Source of the DNA: Coniocarpon cinnabarinum | Lineage: Eukaryota | Direction of reading: 5' to 3' | DNA length: 64,000 nucleotides | Assembly (NCBI GenBank): GCA_051942205.1 | Contig: JAVECO010000013.1 | Location: 124,001-188,000, forward strand | The notes under the pieces: generated by a model | What the model saw: only the letters and a program-made list of their open reading frames with translations | The model's database searches: none | What the model was told of the DNA's origin: nothing | Program-made: the position numbers and the translations under genes | Shown: piece by piece, positions 27,704 through 40,202 of the stretch | Layout: every line of letters begins with the position of its first letter | How positions within the stretch are numbered: the first letter of the stretch is position 1

Positions 27704-28515
27704 GATCATACACAATACACAATGCGTACACACAGATGCCTTCACAGCTAGAGTTATATTCACCAAGCTAACGCGGCTTGCGCTTTTTCCACCTCGCTTT
27801 GGAATACAGACAAAGGCTCATACAGCCGTACTTGCTTTGAAATAGCAGAGCTTCGCTTTCTTCAGATTACGAATGATCTCAGAAAATTTGAAGGAAATGC
27901 GAAGTAGATGGTTGCAAGAAACGTAACGCAACGTAACATAACATAACGTGCTGCGTATGTATTGTGGAAGCATTATGCTATGGTGTACCGTTGCCGTCGA
28001 CATGTATCTAATTCGTGGAAGTAAATATGCAGCACTCACACGGCGATTACTCTCTTCTACACACTGAAGGAGCATAATGATGGACGTGAGCACCAATAAA
28101 GACTCGCACATGGAAGACGGGCAGACGTGGCGACTGAGATTCAGACTGTGGATGCAGCGCGGAGCCAGTGGATCATTTTCTCGCATGTTTCCGGTCTAGA
28201 AATTGTCCAGGAAGATAGCGCCGAGATGTAGCCATTGAGTGTCAGACGAAAGACAACAGCATTGTGATGTAACGCGTTTCTTCCTTGATTCTCAAACTCA
28301 CTTTGTTGGGCGTTCACGACTGCGAGCGCGGTCTTGGCTGGTGTATCCACATGCTAATACAAGTCTTTCATTGTTAAAGGAACAAAGGAGTTTTTCGCCA
28401 CCAAGTGAGGCGAAAACGCGTCCTGACCACTTTCTGTGGGATCCCACATTCGTATCGCATTGTCGACCTGTGTTATAGCTTCGGTGTTGCCCTCTGCAAG
28501 ACATTATACCATAGC

Positions 28516-29259
28516 ATGTCTTCTTCCCGAGATACGCGGTATATGCAGCAGAGCAGAACTCCAGGAGCACGAACCATCGATGTTCCCATGACGCCGACTT
28601 ACTTCGCGCAGGCGAGCGCTTACCATAGCGACATGCAACTGACGGCAGTCCATTCGCGGAAGTCTTCATCACTTGAAGGCAACAAAAGCCAACGCGGCAT
28701 CGGAGAGAGAGTTGTGATGCAATCCTTTGACGAGAGCTGGGGTTGGAAGATGGCCAGAGATATACCCCCGCGAGGTTCATTAAGCCGAAGAAGTCTGACG
28801 ATCAAACCCGGATTACAAATCCGCACGACACCCGACAGGCCTGATTCCGGGAAAGTCTTTCAAACGTTGCTGTCTGCGCCACCAATCAGACATATGTCAT
28901 ATTCAGCGTTATCGCCATTTTCGCAGCCTCCAGCCTCTCACGATAGTTCCGCTGTGAGCGAAGATCTCGAGACTGGAGAAGCGTTCGAGGCTTTCGATCC
29001 GAAAGAAATGGGCAGAAAGGCGAGTGTAGCGCAGAAGCTTGCCAAAGCGTGGCCATGGGAGTGGAAGCCTTCGCTGCAGACGCGTGAACCGTACATGCGG
29101 TTACGCGATGAGTATGAGCTACCGACCATGGTGTCGAGATCGCAACCTTCGAAGATAGAGAAGACACTGTTGGGAGTGTTTGTAGTACTTCTCAGTGTAG
29201 CAGTGGTGCTACAGCTAGCCATCATCTTCGGCATCGGAGGACTAGGCTGTTCCTGTTAA
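28516..29259 (+). CDS. Hypothetical protein with a C-terminal transmembrane helix (tail-anchored-like)
   Basis: Long ORF; first ATG at MSSSRDTRY; C-terminal LLGVFVVLLSVAVVLQLAIIFGIGGLGCSC. Confidence 0.6.
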   Translation: MSSSRDTRYMQQSRTPGARTIDVPMTPTYFAQASAYHSDMQLTAVHSRKSSSLEGNKSQRGIGERVVMQSFDESWGWKMARDIPPRGSLSRRSLTIKPGLQIRTTPDRPDSGKVFQTLLSAPPIRHMSYSALSPFSQPPASHDSSAVSEDLETGEAFEAFDPKEMGRKASVAQKLAKAWPWEWKPSLQTREPYMRLRDEYELPTMVSRSQPSKIEKTLLGVFVVLLSVAVVLQLAIIFGIGGLGCSC

Positions 29260-29323
29260 TACGTATGAAGTGACATCAATGGACCATCTTAATCATGACA
29301 TGGCCTCGAATGAATTGTCAAAC

Positions 29324-29926
29324 TCAATAATCCGGCTTCGCGACCTTCCGCGCCTCACGCGCTCCCCGGTCATCAACCACCTCCCTCCAACTCACCGGAA
29401 ACATCGGCATCCCCGAGTGCGCACTCTTCGCCATCACGACCCCAAGATCATTTCGTGCCGTACTCAGGTAGTAATTCCGCTCGTCGCCAATCGAAATGAC
29501 AGTAGCGCGAATCACGTCGCCCACACTAAAATTTTCCACGATAGCGACTTTGTCTTTCTCCGTGGCTCGTACGTCTTGGACTCGTATCAGACCATTAAAG
29601 CCTGCGTCATGATCTGTTGAGGCAGTGCACGGCACGTCGTCGACAGCTACTATGGTGACGTGCGCTTGCCGAGCTGTGATACGCGTGACGTGGGCGAGGA
29701 CAGTGGCGTTCACGTAGGGCAGCTTGGGCCCGACCTTGGCAGTCATCACGGATACAGCGCCGGGGCTCTGATCAAGAAACCCAGCTCGGCTTGCATATGT
29801 CTGTGACTGGAAGACTTGAAGGCCAGCGCCAAACATTGTGTTCGAGGCATTGGTCTTGGAATTGGCTGAGACTTCAGATATGCTGTCGCCAGGAAGCAGG
29901 ACCTGGCCTCCATTAGTCTCGCTCAT
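29324..29926 (-). CDS. CSL4: Exosome complex component Csl4
   Basis: LLPGD N-terminus, S1 domain GLIRVQDVRATEKDKV...GDVIRATVISIGDERNYYLSTARNDLGVVMA and end EARKVAKP. Confidence 0.95.
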   Translation of the reverse strand: MSETNGGQVLLPGDSISEVSANSKTNASNTMFGAGLQVFQSQTYASRAGFLDQSPGAVSVMTAKVGPKLPYVNATVLAHVTRITARQAHVTIVAVDDVPCTASTDHDAGFNGLIRVQDVRATEKDKVAIVENFSVGDVIRATVISIGDERNYYLSTARNDLGVVMAKSAHSGMPMFPVSWREVVDDRGAREARKVAKPDY

Positions 29927-30346
29927 CCTCTCATGTCATGTACGAAGTTCGCCTTTTTATTCGACTCTTAGTTGAAAACAACTTCAAGAAATGCACTACA
30001 GGCTTTGCGTGGTGTATTCGGCAGGGTGCGCATGTCAAGCATTCTTTCTGTGACGTGAGGATCTATACGGCGATCTTGAAGGTGATCAAATGGTGATTAT
30101 TGTGAGGACGTGGGCCACACGAGGCTGGATTGATAGAATTGATGACAAGGTATTACTGACATGACACAATAACAAAGAAGGATAGCCCTATCCATCTATG
30201 CATCTGACGAAAGAGCAGTACCCGTGACAAAGACACTTGGACGTCAAATGTTCCTCGCCCAAACTCCATGCGCTGTGCAAATGCTAAAATATATGAGGCG
30301 ATGCGGAGGCTTCAACAGGGGGAAAGACGCTTCGGCTTGAGAAGCT

Positions 30347-32295
30347 TTATCCTTCCACCAAAGTCCTCGGACCCTGGCCCAGATGCTCCAGGCACCGGCG
30401 CGCGAGACCAATGACCTCGCCTTCACCATCCTCACCCTCTTCGTCGTCAGACTCGACGTTTCTGCCAGAGATCTGCTTAATCACCCTGACAATGTCATCG
30501 GACCGTGAGATGAGGTCCACTAGCTGTTGATCACCGGATTCCAGAAGTTGAAGCAGCGTCCAGATAGCAATGTGCTGGAAGGTCGAATCGCCACTAGCAA
30601 CAAACCGTGTCAGGTAGCCATGTATCCCACCATTTGGCTGTTTCCAACTTTGAACAAAGATCGAGTAGTCGCCGACCTTTGACGATAGATTTCCAAGAGC
30701 AGCCGCACTGTTGCCCTGGACCTCGATGCTTTCTGAGTCTGTGAGGGGTATTAATACATCGAAGACGCCGAGGTTCAAAAGGTGTGTTTTTAGCTCGTCG
30801 CTGAGCGCGAGCACAGCAATAGCAGCGGTCATCTCAGATTGAACACTGAGTGGGACGTCGAGAACAAGCGACTTGCATTTTTGCACGGCGCCCGCTTCTA
30901 GGACTAATTGCTTATTGCGATCGGAGCTTGCTGCGAGGTTTCGCAGCGTAGATATTGCGTGGCATTGTATCTCTTCGTTGTCAGTGTTTCCAAGTAGGCC
31001 GACGAGAGGTTTTAGAAAGCCAGCGTCTATAATTGGTGATTCGTTTTGGGGATGTATCGATATGTTCCGGATGCACGCTACTGCCGAGAGGATCAAGGGT
31101 ATATATGTTGATTGTAGTAGTCGGAGGAGAGGCTGAAGACCTTTGGCGCGAACGATCTCCAGTTGGTACTTCTCATCTGAAGCAAGATTCCTTAAAGCAA
31201 GCGCAGCTTGGCATTGCACCTTGGGTGAAGGAGACTCCATCAGATGGACGAGTGACTGCACAAGTCGAGCTTCATTCGCAGCCAGCGTCCTGCGGTTGCC
31301 GGCATCTACTGCAATGTTGCTGAGGGCGGTGGTGCAGTAATATTGCACATCAACATCTGACGATGCCAAGAGTTGTACGAGTACTGGTATAGCACCAGCT
31401 TTGACCAGCTGTTGCCTGTTATCATCTGTGCCTGTGTCAATGACCGGATTGAGAATGCTGTTTTCATCCTCTTACCTGAGTGTGTCATGTTCAACAAAGC
31501 TCCTGTTGCATTTCTTTGCACCCGCATGTCCCTTGACTTAGCGAGTTTTGTGAGGGGAGGTAGGGCTCCTGACCGAGCAATCTTGGCTTTGTTCTCTTCG
31601 TGTGTAGCGAGGTTGGTGATGCAGCCAACGGCGTTGCACTGGACTTCAACATTCTGAGAGTTCATTTGTTTGATAAGAGGGACCAGCCCGCCAAGGGAGA
31701 CAATTGCGACTTTGTTCTCCGCTGGAGTCAATTAGCGGGGCGGGGAGTGTAGTTTGGCTTGGGTCAGACGATACCATTGACGGCAAGATTGCCCAGTGCA
31801 GCACTGGCAGCTCTTTGTACCTCGAGGTCGGAGCTCTGCAGAAGGAAAAGAATGGGTTCAAGGGTATCACGGTCGACGGGATTGACATCTAGAGCACGCT
31901 CAAGATCAGCGTACTTCCGAATTGGGGCTTTGTTGGGCACTAGTCACCTCTTTCTGTTATCTCAGCAAAGGTCAAGCTGGCACTTCTTTGCAGATCGACG
32001 TTGTCAGAATAGACGAGCGTGCTGAGCGCTCGTAGGGGTTCGCCTTGGAAGAAGTTGATCTCTGAACGCTGGCGCGGAGTCAGCACCGAGTACAGCTGGC
32101 GACGCGCATGTGATTGGGAGGACACACGTTCTCCAAGTATTGCAGCAGTTCGGCGACGGCCTCACGTTCACTCTCAGCCAGGTTGCTGTCATACTGAGCA
32201 TCTTTGGCCCGCGCTGAGGACAGATCAGAATCATGACGACAGAGTGTGGTGGGTAGCTAGATACCTCTGGCGCAGCAAGAGCAGCAGATGCCCAT
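30347..32295 (-). CDS. VAC8: Vacuolar armadillo-repeat protein Vac8, multi-exon
   Basis: N-terminal MGICCSCC acylation motif; [37 protein letters not shown] repeats such as [14 protein letters not shown] and [14 protein letters not shown]. Confidence 0.97.
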
Positions 32296-32846
32296 GGTGA
32301 AGAGGGAGCGGCCCCAGTGCTAGGTCGGTTGGGTGCGTTGGACTAGCTGTTGCGCGAGCGGAGGGTTAAAGAGATGCTAGACGACGGCGGCGGCAGCGTA
32401 GAGGAGAGCAGCGGTGGATGCATGGATGACGGGAGGTGAGCGAGATAGCGAGGGAGAGAATGGAAGAAGGAGCAGCAAGGTGGGTGTGGTTGCGCTTGCC
32501 ATGGGTCGGGTGCCATGGCCTGCTTCAAAGACAGTGCAGATGACTGCTCTATCCTCCCTGTTTGCCTCTTGCGGAAGTTGCGTATGCCCTAGCCTTCTCC
32601 CGGCCCTCTGGCCACCCTGCCACCCACGCCTCCGAGATATTTACGTAGGTACCTACTCTTCTTCTCATTCAAACTTCATCGACATCAACGCTGCAGAAAA
32701 TGCATGTGGACCTCAGTAGATGCAGAGTGAAGCTCTCTCCATTGCAGCCCGTCCGTCTCAGCCTGCAAGGGACATTTACTCCAATCTCCCGTGCTGCGTA
32801 GGTACTTTCTCGGCTGTACCTCTTGAAATCGCTTCAACTCAAGTCG

Positions 32847-33230
32847 CTACCTAGCATGTTGAGTCACGGCCTTATAGTAGCCCATCTCTTTTGCACTCTT
32901 CACCGGCCGTAGGTCCGGCCACCTTGGCACGAACTTCGTTCCACGGCGCCCAACCCATCCGTCCTTAGGCACTCTCTTAGCATCAAGCCCAACCTTGCGC
33001 AACAGAGCACCGTCGCGCAGCCGTCTTGGGGTGAGGTCAATCCACTTGAAGCCCGGGATCTGACATCGTACGCTCGTCCTGTCTATATTGATTATGGTTT
33101 TGTCCTTGAACTGGTCCCATTCGAGCAGCGTCTGTGTTACGAAGCTCATCCACTCTTCCTGCAGCGCGGGCTTGCAGTATGGTTCTGCGAAACTAAACAC
33201 AACTTCGTGCTTCAGGTGTAATCCGTGCAT
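32847..33230 (-). CDS. Island family member 1 (127 aa, unknown domain only)
   Basis: ATG at 33230. VVFSFAEPYCKPALQEEWMSFVTQTL...LLRKVGL...KFVPRWPDLRP aligns by eye with the neighbouring paralogs. Confidence 0.65.
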   Translation of the reverse strand: MHGLHLKHEVVFSFAEPYCKPALQEEWMSFVTQTLLEWDQFKDKTIINIDRTSVRCQIPGFKWIDLTPRRLRDGALLRKVGLDAKRVPKDGWVGRRGTKFVPRWPDLRPVKSAKEMGYYKAVTQHAR

Positions 33231-34145
33231 GGTGCTGATGACTGCTATGTCCTGGCTCCCCCTCCAAGAGGCTGAGCGTTTCCGTATCGTCTTTGTTTCC
33301 GTGGAGTCGCAATGGGAGCACCGTACCTTCACAATATAGGTTTTATTTGCCGCGAAGGAAAACGTTGGAACGTAACTTTTGTGTACTCTGCGTAAATGTC
33401 CAAGCTCAAATTGCTATATATCCACACGAAATCGGCTGCTAGATGTCACGCAAAGGACTAATATATGCGAATATGATGGCAACACATGTCAATTTCAGAT
33501 AGAACACCTCGTTATATTCAGGAATATGACGATAGCTGCAAGGACTGTGGGTAAGTAAGGCAGATTGTGGCAGCTCCCCTCATTAATCTTGAGACAAGGC
33601 GTTCTTGCCGAAAGTTGTGTCCCACCCACAGAACAGAATACGCATTTGCACTTGACATAGACGCGAGTTTTGCGTTGAAAGTCATTGCGGCGTGCGTCAA
33701 GTCATGCAACCACGTGGCACAAGCATGCGCCGCAACGCCGCCTGCAGCGCCGAACGATGGGGGCGATGAGGCAAAGTCTTGACATCATATCGACAGGTTG
33801 CAAAACATGAGAAAGACGCTCGGGAGTGTGCATTGACTATTGCATGCTATTGTTATCGCCTTGGTGCGCTGGGTCTTTGAATCTAGATCGTGAAAGTGGT
33901 ATACTCGGTGACGTCCAGGCTGGATTGTCCCTCTCCCGGATCTCTGCTTCCCGACAAGTCCTCGTTTGCACGAAACACAGATATGTCATGCATTAAGCAT
34001 ACAGAGTTGCCAGCTTTCCCCTCATTCAACAAGACAAGCATGTTCTCTCAATCAAAGGCAATGGAGCTTCGAGAATTTCTCACCGTTAGGAACAACCGGC
34101 TTGCCTTTCAAGTGTTTTACCCCGACCATAGCGATTCACACTCAA

Positions 34146-35225
34146 TCACTCGTTCTCATATCTTGAAGAGAGAACACGGCCGGTACCCGACCAGGTATTT
34201 TCTCTGTATCTAGGCAATCGCCCGTGCTGACTACCAGATCGTACAGATGTGCGGTGTTCCGAAGACCTTGATGAGCTTCTGCGGTACGTGCTTCCGCCTT
34301 CGTATCGATCAAGCGTCGATCGTCGTGACCTAGACGTGGAACGCCCCCGACGATCGTCCCTATCCACGCCACGTGGCATGTAAGTTGGTGGTGGCGCATG
34401 TACTGCGTTCAAATGATCGGAATATTCTGTGCGCGGCTCGTAGATGGGCAGTCTAGACCCAATACCGGTGGATCTTGCAAGTCCATCTTCCCTACAAGCC
34501 ATGCTTTGGAATGCCAAGGGCAAGAAATCCCCGGGCTCCTCTTGTAGGGCCTGAGCTCGCATTGATGGCTGGGCGGTTAAGGCAGAGGACCCAGCCTCGA
34601 AATATCCTGGAAGCCTATCGGCGCCCCGTCCTGGCCGGTCCTCGCGCTGAAAACGTCCACTTGTGCTCAACTCACGCCTCTTCCGATCGACCCTCATCTT
34701 TTTTCTCTCCTCGAGGGCCTTAATCATGCCCATGTTCTCAGCGTCTGTGAACGGTTCCTGATCGTCTGACTCTGGTATGAAGACCATACGGTCCAGATCG
34801 GACGATCTGTCTTGCTTTAAGCCAGCCTTGTACGCAAGCTTGGATGCGGCGGGGACGGCTCGATGGTTAAAGAGGAAGCGACCCCTAGTATCAGGCAAGG
34901 TATAAATGACAAAGGTTCCATCAGGAGCCACGGAGGCTTCGCCTTCGCCACCAAAGAAGGACGGTGAACGCACAAGTTCATCGCTCACGTAGTCAATCCA
35001 CAAAGGTCGAATATCAGGCTTGCAGACAGTTTCATCGAAGTTGAATCTAAATTGATATTTTGATTTGGGCTGTGAGGAGGCTTCGGGTTGGGTATCTGGG
35101 AGCTGTGTTGCAGACGACGATGACTCTTGCTGGGATCGACGGTCAGGCCCAGCAGTGGACAAGATCCCAAGACGACGACGATGTCCTGAGTTGTCTGATG
35201 ATGGTTTCTTGCTCCGGCGGAACGT
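34146..35225 (-). CDS. Island family member 2 (unknown domain plus Arg/Ser-rich tail); ACG at the expected start position
   Basis: Open frame of about 360 codons containing FRFNFDETVCKPDIRPLWIDYVSDEL...LAYKAGL...VFIPESDDQEPFTDAENMG. No in-frame ATG precedes the domain; ACG TTC CGC CGG aligns with ATG TTC CAC CGG of member 3. Confidence 0.7.
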   Translation of the reverse strand, partial: TFRRSKKPSSDNSGHRRRLGILSTAGPDRRSQQESSSSATQLPDTQPEASSQPKSKYQFRFNFDETVCKPDIRPLWIDYVSDELVRSPSFFGGEGEASVAPDGTFVIYTLPDTRGRFLFNHRAVPAASKLAYKAGLKQDRSSDLDRMVFIPESDDQEPFTDAENMGMIKALEERKKMRVDRKRRELSTSGRFQREDRPGRGADRLPGYFEAGSSALTAQPSMRAQALQEEPGDFLPLAFQSMACREDGLARSTGIGSRLPIYEPRTEYSDHLNAVHAPPPTYMPRGVDRDDRRGRSTSRSRRSTLDRYEGGSTYRRSSSRSSEHRTSVRSGSQHGRLPRYRENTWSGTGRVLSSRYENE

Positions 35226-35891
35226 GGTGATTGCTTGTAAGTGGAGAGGTGATGCTCTGGAGGAGGAAGAAACTTACAGTGCAAGCTGGCGGCTTTATAT
35301 TGCAGCTTGTGGTTCGCAAAGGGGAGGCAGAATCAAACGTCCACGTTTGCATACTGGTTTCTCCTCATTTGCAGTAACACAATTACGTTGAACAGCAATA
35401 TCTGCGCAGGATTTCAGAACACGTGTGGCATCACATGGTCGACAAACTCAGCGGTCTAGACTCGCGCGCCTGTTGCCCTGTTGACCATCATGACCTTAAT
35501 GTCGATGTTTCCTTTTAGAAAAGTCCAGCGTTGTTCGTGAACGCGAGGCGAATATATCGAGTGGATGCGCATTGCTGACATGCTTTCTCAGCGGCTCTGC
35601 AGTCAGGAAATTGACCGCTCATCATGGGTCAGCAGGCCAACATCGTTGTACAATACGATGAATGGCGTCATGATGAATCCTGTATGCCTAGTCGCGCTGA
35701 AGCACAGCTGTAACAAGCCGCAAAAATGCAGCGATGATGAATGTTATCAGAGCATTCAATCGTTCCAGGAAAAAAGATGTGAACGCAATTCTCATTCACA
35801 AGATCCTCGCCTATCAAAAAGATACTGGGGCTCTAATATTAAGCAAATCCAGCCCAACATACCAAGCAGGTACAAACCCTTTTCATAACGT

Positions 35892-36959
35892 CTACTGCGG
35901 AGAACAATCCGCCACCTTCGACGGCATCGAGGAACGTGCCCTTTGATCACGAGGCGTCTCATCATCATCTTTGTGGCTGGAACTCTGATTGCTAGAAGCT
36001 ATTTTATGATGGGATCTCGAACGTCTAGGTTCCCCGTCCACCGAAGCGCGGTTGAGCCAAGCACCAGAGCTAATAGGCGTGAAAGGTTGACTATGTCGAG
36101 AAGACTTTGACGCAACAGATGAACTTCTATGTCTCGAGCTTCGACGATGAGCACTCGATCTTCGAGGTTGATTCTGCGTTGAATGACGTGCTTGGCTAGT
36201 CGATCGACCGCGGCGATGACCCGTGTCATCTCCAGACTTGTCTACTTGCGACTTGCGAGAGCGATGCGACGAAGCGTGAGAAGTGGAAGCAGGGCTGTTA
36301 TTGTAATAGCTCAATCCAGCTTCATACCTCAAGTCCTCGTCCACATACCCCCGCCCTGAACCCGGCTGCTCAAGACATCGTCGCTCAGCAAGACGCTGCT
36401 GCTGCTGTTGAGCAGCCCAAAGCGCATTCTTCGCCTCCTCCGCTGCCATGCTCCCAACTTGATCGGCACCCACAAACGGACGCAAATACGGCAACTCCGG
36501 CACCAAAAAGAGCGTAACCCATTGACGCTCTAGACCATGTTGCATAGTTTCACAACGCGACTCATCGCAGAGGAGGCCGCATTTTCTAATGATGCGGTAG
36601 CCTTCATTAGAATATGGGTCGCGTAGACCAAGGAAGCTGCGTTTACGGGATGGGACTGTATAAATCAGGGAGTGTCCAGAGCGGCGTAGAGTGTCGAGCA
36701 AGCCGCCGTCGCCGGCGAAGCGATAGAAGTCTTTGGTGTACACTAAGTGGTTTGAGACGTAGTCGAGCCATAGAGGTCGAATGGCGGGATTGCAGACGGC
36801 GTCGTCAAAGCAAAAGATGATTTGATTTTGTTTCGCGTTGTGGGAGTTGGCGTGAGAGATGGTGTGGGGGTGAGATGCTTGTTTGGCGGATGAACCCAAG
36901 GCGATTTGTTCTGTACGCTCGTCTTTGGTGTGCCCCGACTTCTTGTGCCGGTGGAACAT
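35892..36959 (-). CDS. Island family member 3 (355 aa; unknown domain plus Arg/Ser/His-rich tail)
   Basis: MFHRHKKS start; IIFCFDDAVCNPAIRPLWLDYVSNHL...IIRKCGL...FLVPELPYLRPFVGADQVG; shares RRGRSTS and [YF]EAGxS with member 2. Confidence 0.75.
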   Translation of the reverse strand: MFHRHKKSGHTKDERTEQIALGSSAKQASHPHTISHANSHNAKQNQIIFCFDDAVCNPAIRPLWLDYVSNHLVYTKDFYRFAGDGGLLDTLRRSGHSLIYTVPSRKRSFLGLRDPYSNEGYRIIRKCGLLCDESRCETMQHGLERQWVTLFLVPELPYLRPFVGADQVGSMAAEEAKNALWAAQQQQQRLAERRCLEQPGSGRGYVDEDLRYEAGLSYYNNSPASTSHASSHRSRKSQVDKSGDDTGHRRGRSTSQARHSTQNQPRRSSAHRRSSRHRSSSVASKSSRHSQPFTPISSGAWLNRASVDGEPRRSRSHHKIASSNQSSSHKDDDETPRDQRARSSMPSKVADCSPQ

Positions 36960-37493
36960 GTTGAATCTTTTGAGAGTGATGAAGTCTGCTTGTGGAATGA
37001 TTGTTGTTAGGGGTTTGGGATCCAAACCGAGCGTAATCGAGGGATGTGTATGACTACATTGCACAGAAGCGGGAGGCAAAAATGGATACTCATCTTGCTC
37101 ATACTGGTTACCTTTCCGAAGTGCGAAGCACTACAGCCTCGCGCGTTGAGGAACCACAGCTCTATGCGCTCGACACTGAGGTGACAATACAGAGGCTGGA
37201 GGCGTGAAAAAATGCTGTGTTCGAACACTCGCCATATGAGAAGGTTTCTTCCTCGTTTAAAAAAGAATTGGGTCCCTATTTGAGATGAGGGAGACGCCAA
37301 TGTCATGTTTGTACTGCTTTCTTCAAGCAAACGCTCATTGAGCATGAGTTTTCAGCCAGACTCGCCTTGAGGCACCTAGCCGACTCTCCAGATCTACATC
37401 GTTGTTAACGCCCTTCTCGACGCTATCATTAGGCTGCTAGTGCTTCCTTGGAGTCAGACGTCGGCGCAGCTGCAACATATTAGCAACAATACT

Positions 37494-38270
37494 TCATGGG
37501 TTGATAGTTGGCCTACAAGCATGCGTTCCTCGGGCACCACGACGCAGGCGCATCCTTCCGGACGAAGTTCCCCCGGAACTGGCTTCACGGGTTGTTGACG
37601 GGGAGGTTACTTGAGAGGTTGGGCGAGAGGTTTGCCCAGAGGTGGGTTGAGAGGATGATAGAGAAGTTGGCACAGCTACAGCTTGTGAGCAACAAATATC
37701 CCATAATCCATGGGTAGACTAACAAGTTTTCTCCCCGGTATTGCGACGACGCACAACAGGATTCAGCGAATCAGACTGAGGCTCCTTGCGTTGGAAACTA
37801 CACAGATAATAAAACCAAGAAAAGATACTAGGCGTGCAAGGATACTTCATCTTCTTCGCGGCAGTCTGGTACTTCGGGACCCAAACCGGCACAGATCCAC
37901 TGTCAGTTCGACGATTTTTCAGATGAATGAGTTTCTGTTCCTCTAAGCGGTGATGAACACGAGCAGCCATTCTCAAGCGACGGAGGTTGATGCAGCACCA
38001 GGTCTCCAGGGAGAAGAAAAAGACGACTTCGAAGTACCGCCCTTTCCTTTTGTATTGGCAGACTCCTTCTTCGAACGGTTCGAGGCCTGACAATTGTTCG
38101 GTAATGAGCTTCGTCCATTTACTCTCAGACCCCTCCCCAGTGTAACATGTGTTGAAGTCGCAATCGAACCGGGTGTGATAAACGTGTTCAACATCGTGTC
38201 CAGCCTCCTTCAGAGCTGTTTCACCTCCTCCGAGGTTGATTTCATTTACTTCTCTGGCACGTCTGGCCAT
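37494..38270 (-). CDS. Probable island family member 4 (242 aa; exons 38270-37724 and 37675-37494)
   Basis: TRFDCDFNTC...SKWTKLITEQL...LEEQKL...VWVPK is a weak match to the family. A 48-nt GTTAGT...GCTCAC...TAG intron removes the stop and adds a Ser/Thr-rich tail with 4-residue periodicity (PTSL SSSQ PTSG QTSR PTSQ VTSP). Confidence 0.55.
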
Positions 38271-40202
38271 CTCGTGATTCAAATCGAAATATGAAATTTC
38301 AAAGGCCTGTTGCGACAATGCGCAGTATATTGCAGGGCCCTAAAGACCTCGAAGTAATTGACGGAGCGTAAAAGACGCCTGCGTGGGCTGTTTTGCAGGA
38401 TGTAAAATGCTGATATTAATGCAAAGAATTGAATCGGACGGCAACAATAGGGCGCGGCGACTGGCCCACCTCAAATGGGGACAGAACACGTCTCTTGAAC
38501 ATTGGCATTTTCAAAGAACCGAGCATACCGCAGTCGATGGGGGTCTGGGAGTTCTGATCCAGTGCCTTTCCCGAAGGGAGTGAGATGGGCGCATTGTTGC
38601 GGCGGCCCTTGCACAATAACAGCAGAAGTTTGAAACGCATTACCTGGCAGCAACAGAGCAATTTGCGCCCTGCGACGGGTCGCTCAATTGGCCATGTGCA
38701 GTGTCTTTTGGGCTTCGTAAATGGCCCCCACACGTCATTGCAATCCGGAGGGATCGGCGTGGGATTCGAGCAAGTGTCAAGTTGAATCCTGTAGGATTCA
38801 CACGGGGTGTAGACACGTGTCTGAAGTATCAAAACATCGGACCGCGTATTGTGCCAACTCCGTTGGACTCTGAGCCTGCCAGAACGCTTGATGCTATACG
38901 CGCCGTAGCAGAAGACTCCAGCATCCAATTTTACATAAAGCAGTCGCGGTGATGATGGCCTTTCTCAGAGGCATGAGAAACGTGGGATTTGCTTGCTAAC
39001 CAGTTCCCCCTCGAGCAGTACGTTCGTGAGTCAATGTGCTGCCTTTCGACCTAGCTTGCTTTACTTTCACAAGTCAGCATCATAAGATGAGGTGTAGGAT
39101 TTTGCTATGCTTCCGCGATGCCCTGTTTGGAGTGGGGCTTGAGGTGGTACTTTCAAAGCCTAGAATAGCCGCAAGCTTCAGGGAAAGAATATTGCTATGA
39201 TTCAATGATCCACGTGACACCTTTCTGCATCCTTTTGTCCCTTCGAACCGAGATGCCATGTCTACTGACACCAAATCAAGCCGAAGAAGCAAGCGTAGCA
39301 AAAAAAATGCGTGCTGGTGTGGAGAACTTGTTGTCTGCATACGCCCCTGACTTGAGATAGCGTAGGAGCATATGATGCGCAGCGTGCACAACGTATTGCA
39401 GAACGAGCTCGAGAGAACAAATGTAGACTGAAATGAGTTAGATTGATACGCGATAAAGACTGAGCCCTGAAAGTTGCAAGCTGCTATTGTGATCGCATCC
39501 TGCAATGGAAGACGTCCATCTACGCATCTGCACCATGGCTATTGGTGCTCTGGCCTGCAAACGGTGGCTATGTCTTCAGGGCGTACATGATGAAGGTGTC
39601 TCCGCAAACGCTGATTGTAAAACTCGACTCGTCTTTCGCTCGCGCAGCCACGACCTTTCGATGTCTGCCACGCCAGAAGGAACTGCCACCATTGACCAGA
39701 GCTTTAACTCTCTCAAATACGACTTCTCGCTTTGCCTTCCCTTTCGTAATTGAGCTCTGAGGAAGCAAATTGCGAAACAGCCTCGGCAACGTGCACGTAA
39801 CGTGCCTTTGTTGCTAATACCTCGCCAGAATTATGGCTAGAAACTCTCCTGGATGAACAAGCGCCCGCGATTGATACAATCAGAAAATCTCCAAGATCAA
39901 CGTTGATGCAGCACACACTAGAGGTGCATCATGTGGCAATCCTAGAAGGCGAAATGCAGTCGGGTTGCTGAAACAATGCCCACCGTGTTCATGCTTGCGC
40001 GCGAAGCCTCTGAATGCCCTGCTACCTTTGCATTTGCCTGGATGATCTGCCAACAGCATAACAATGTTTACTGAGCGTTGAAGACCGTTCAAGCACGCTC
40101 GGTTCAAATCTTCCCAACAATGTGCATAGTCATACTTAATCAGAACGACAGGAGCAATAGATGATTTAGCCGTCAATTTCAGAACCGGGGAAAGATCGTA
40201 TC

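Noticed and set aside
39880..40176. ORF with IKYDYAHCWEDLNRACLNGL resembling block 1 of the island family
   Set aside because: It lacks the Trp, KxGL and FVP blocks, has no ATG before the motif and overlaps the likely promoter of member 5. It may be a relic, but support is too weak.
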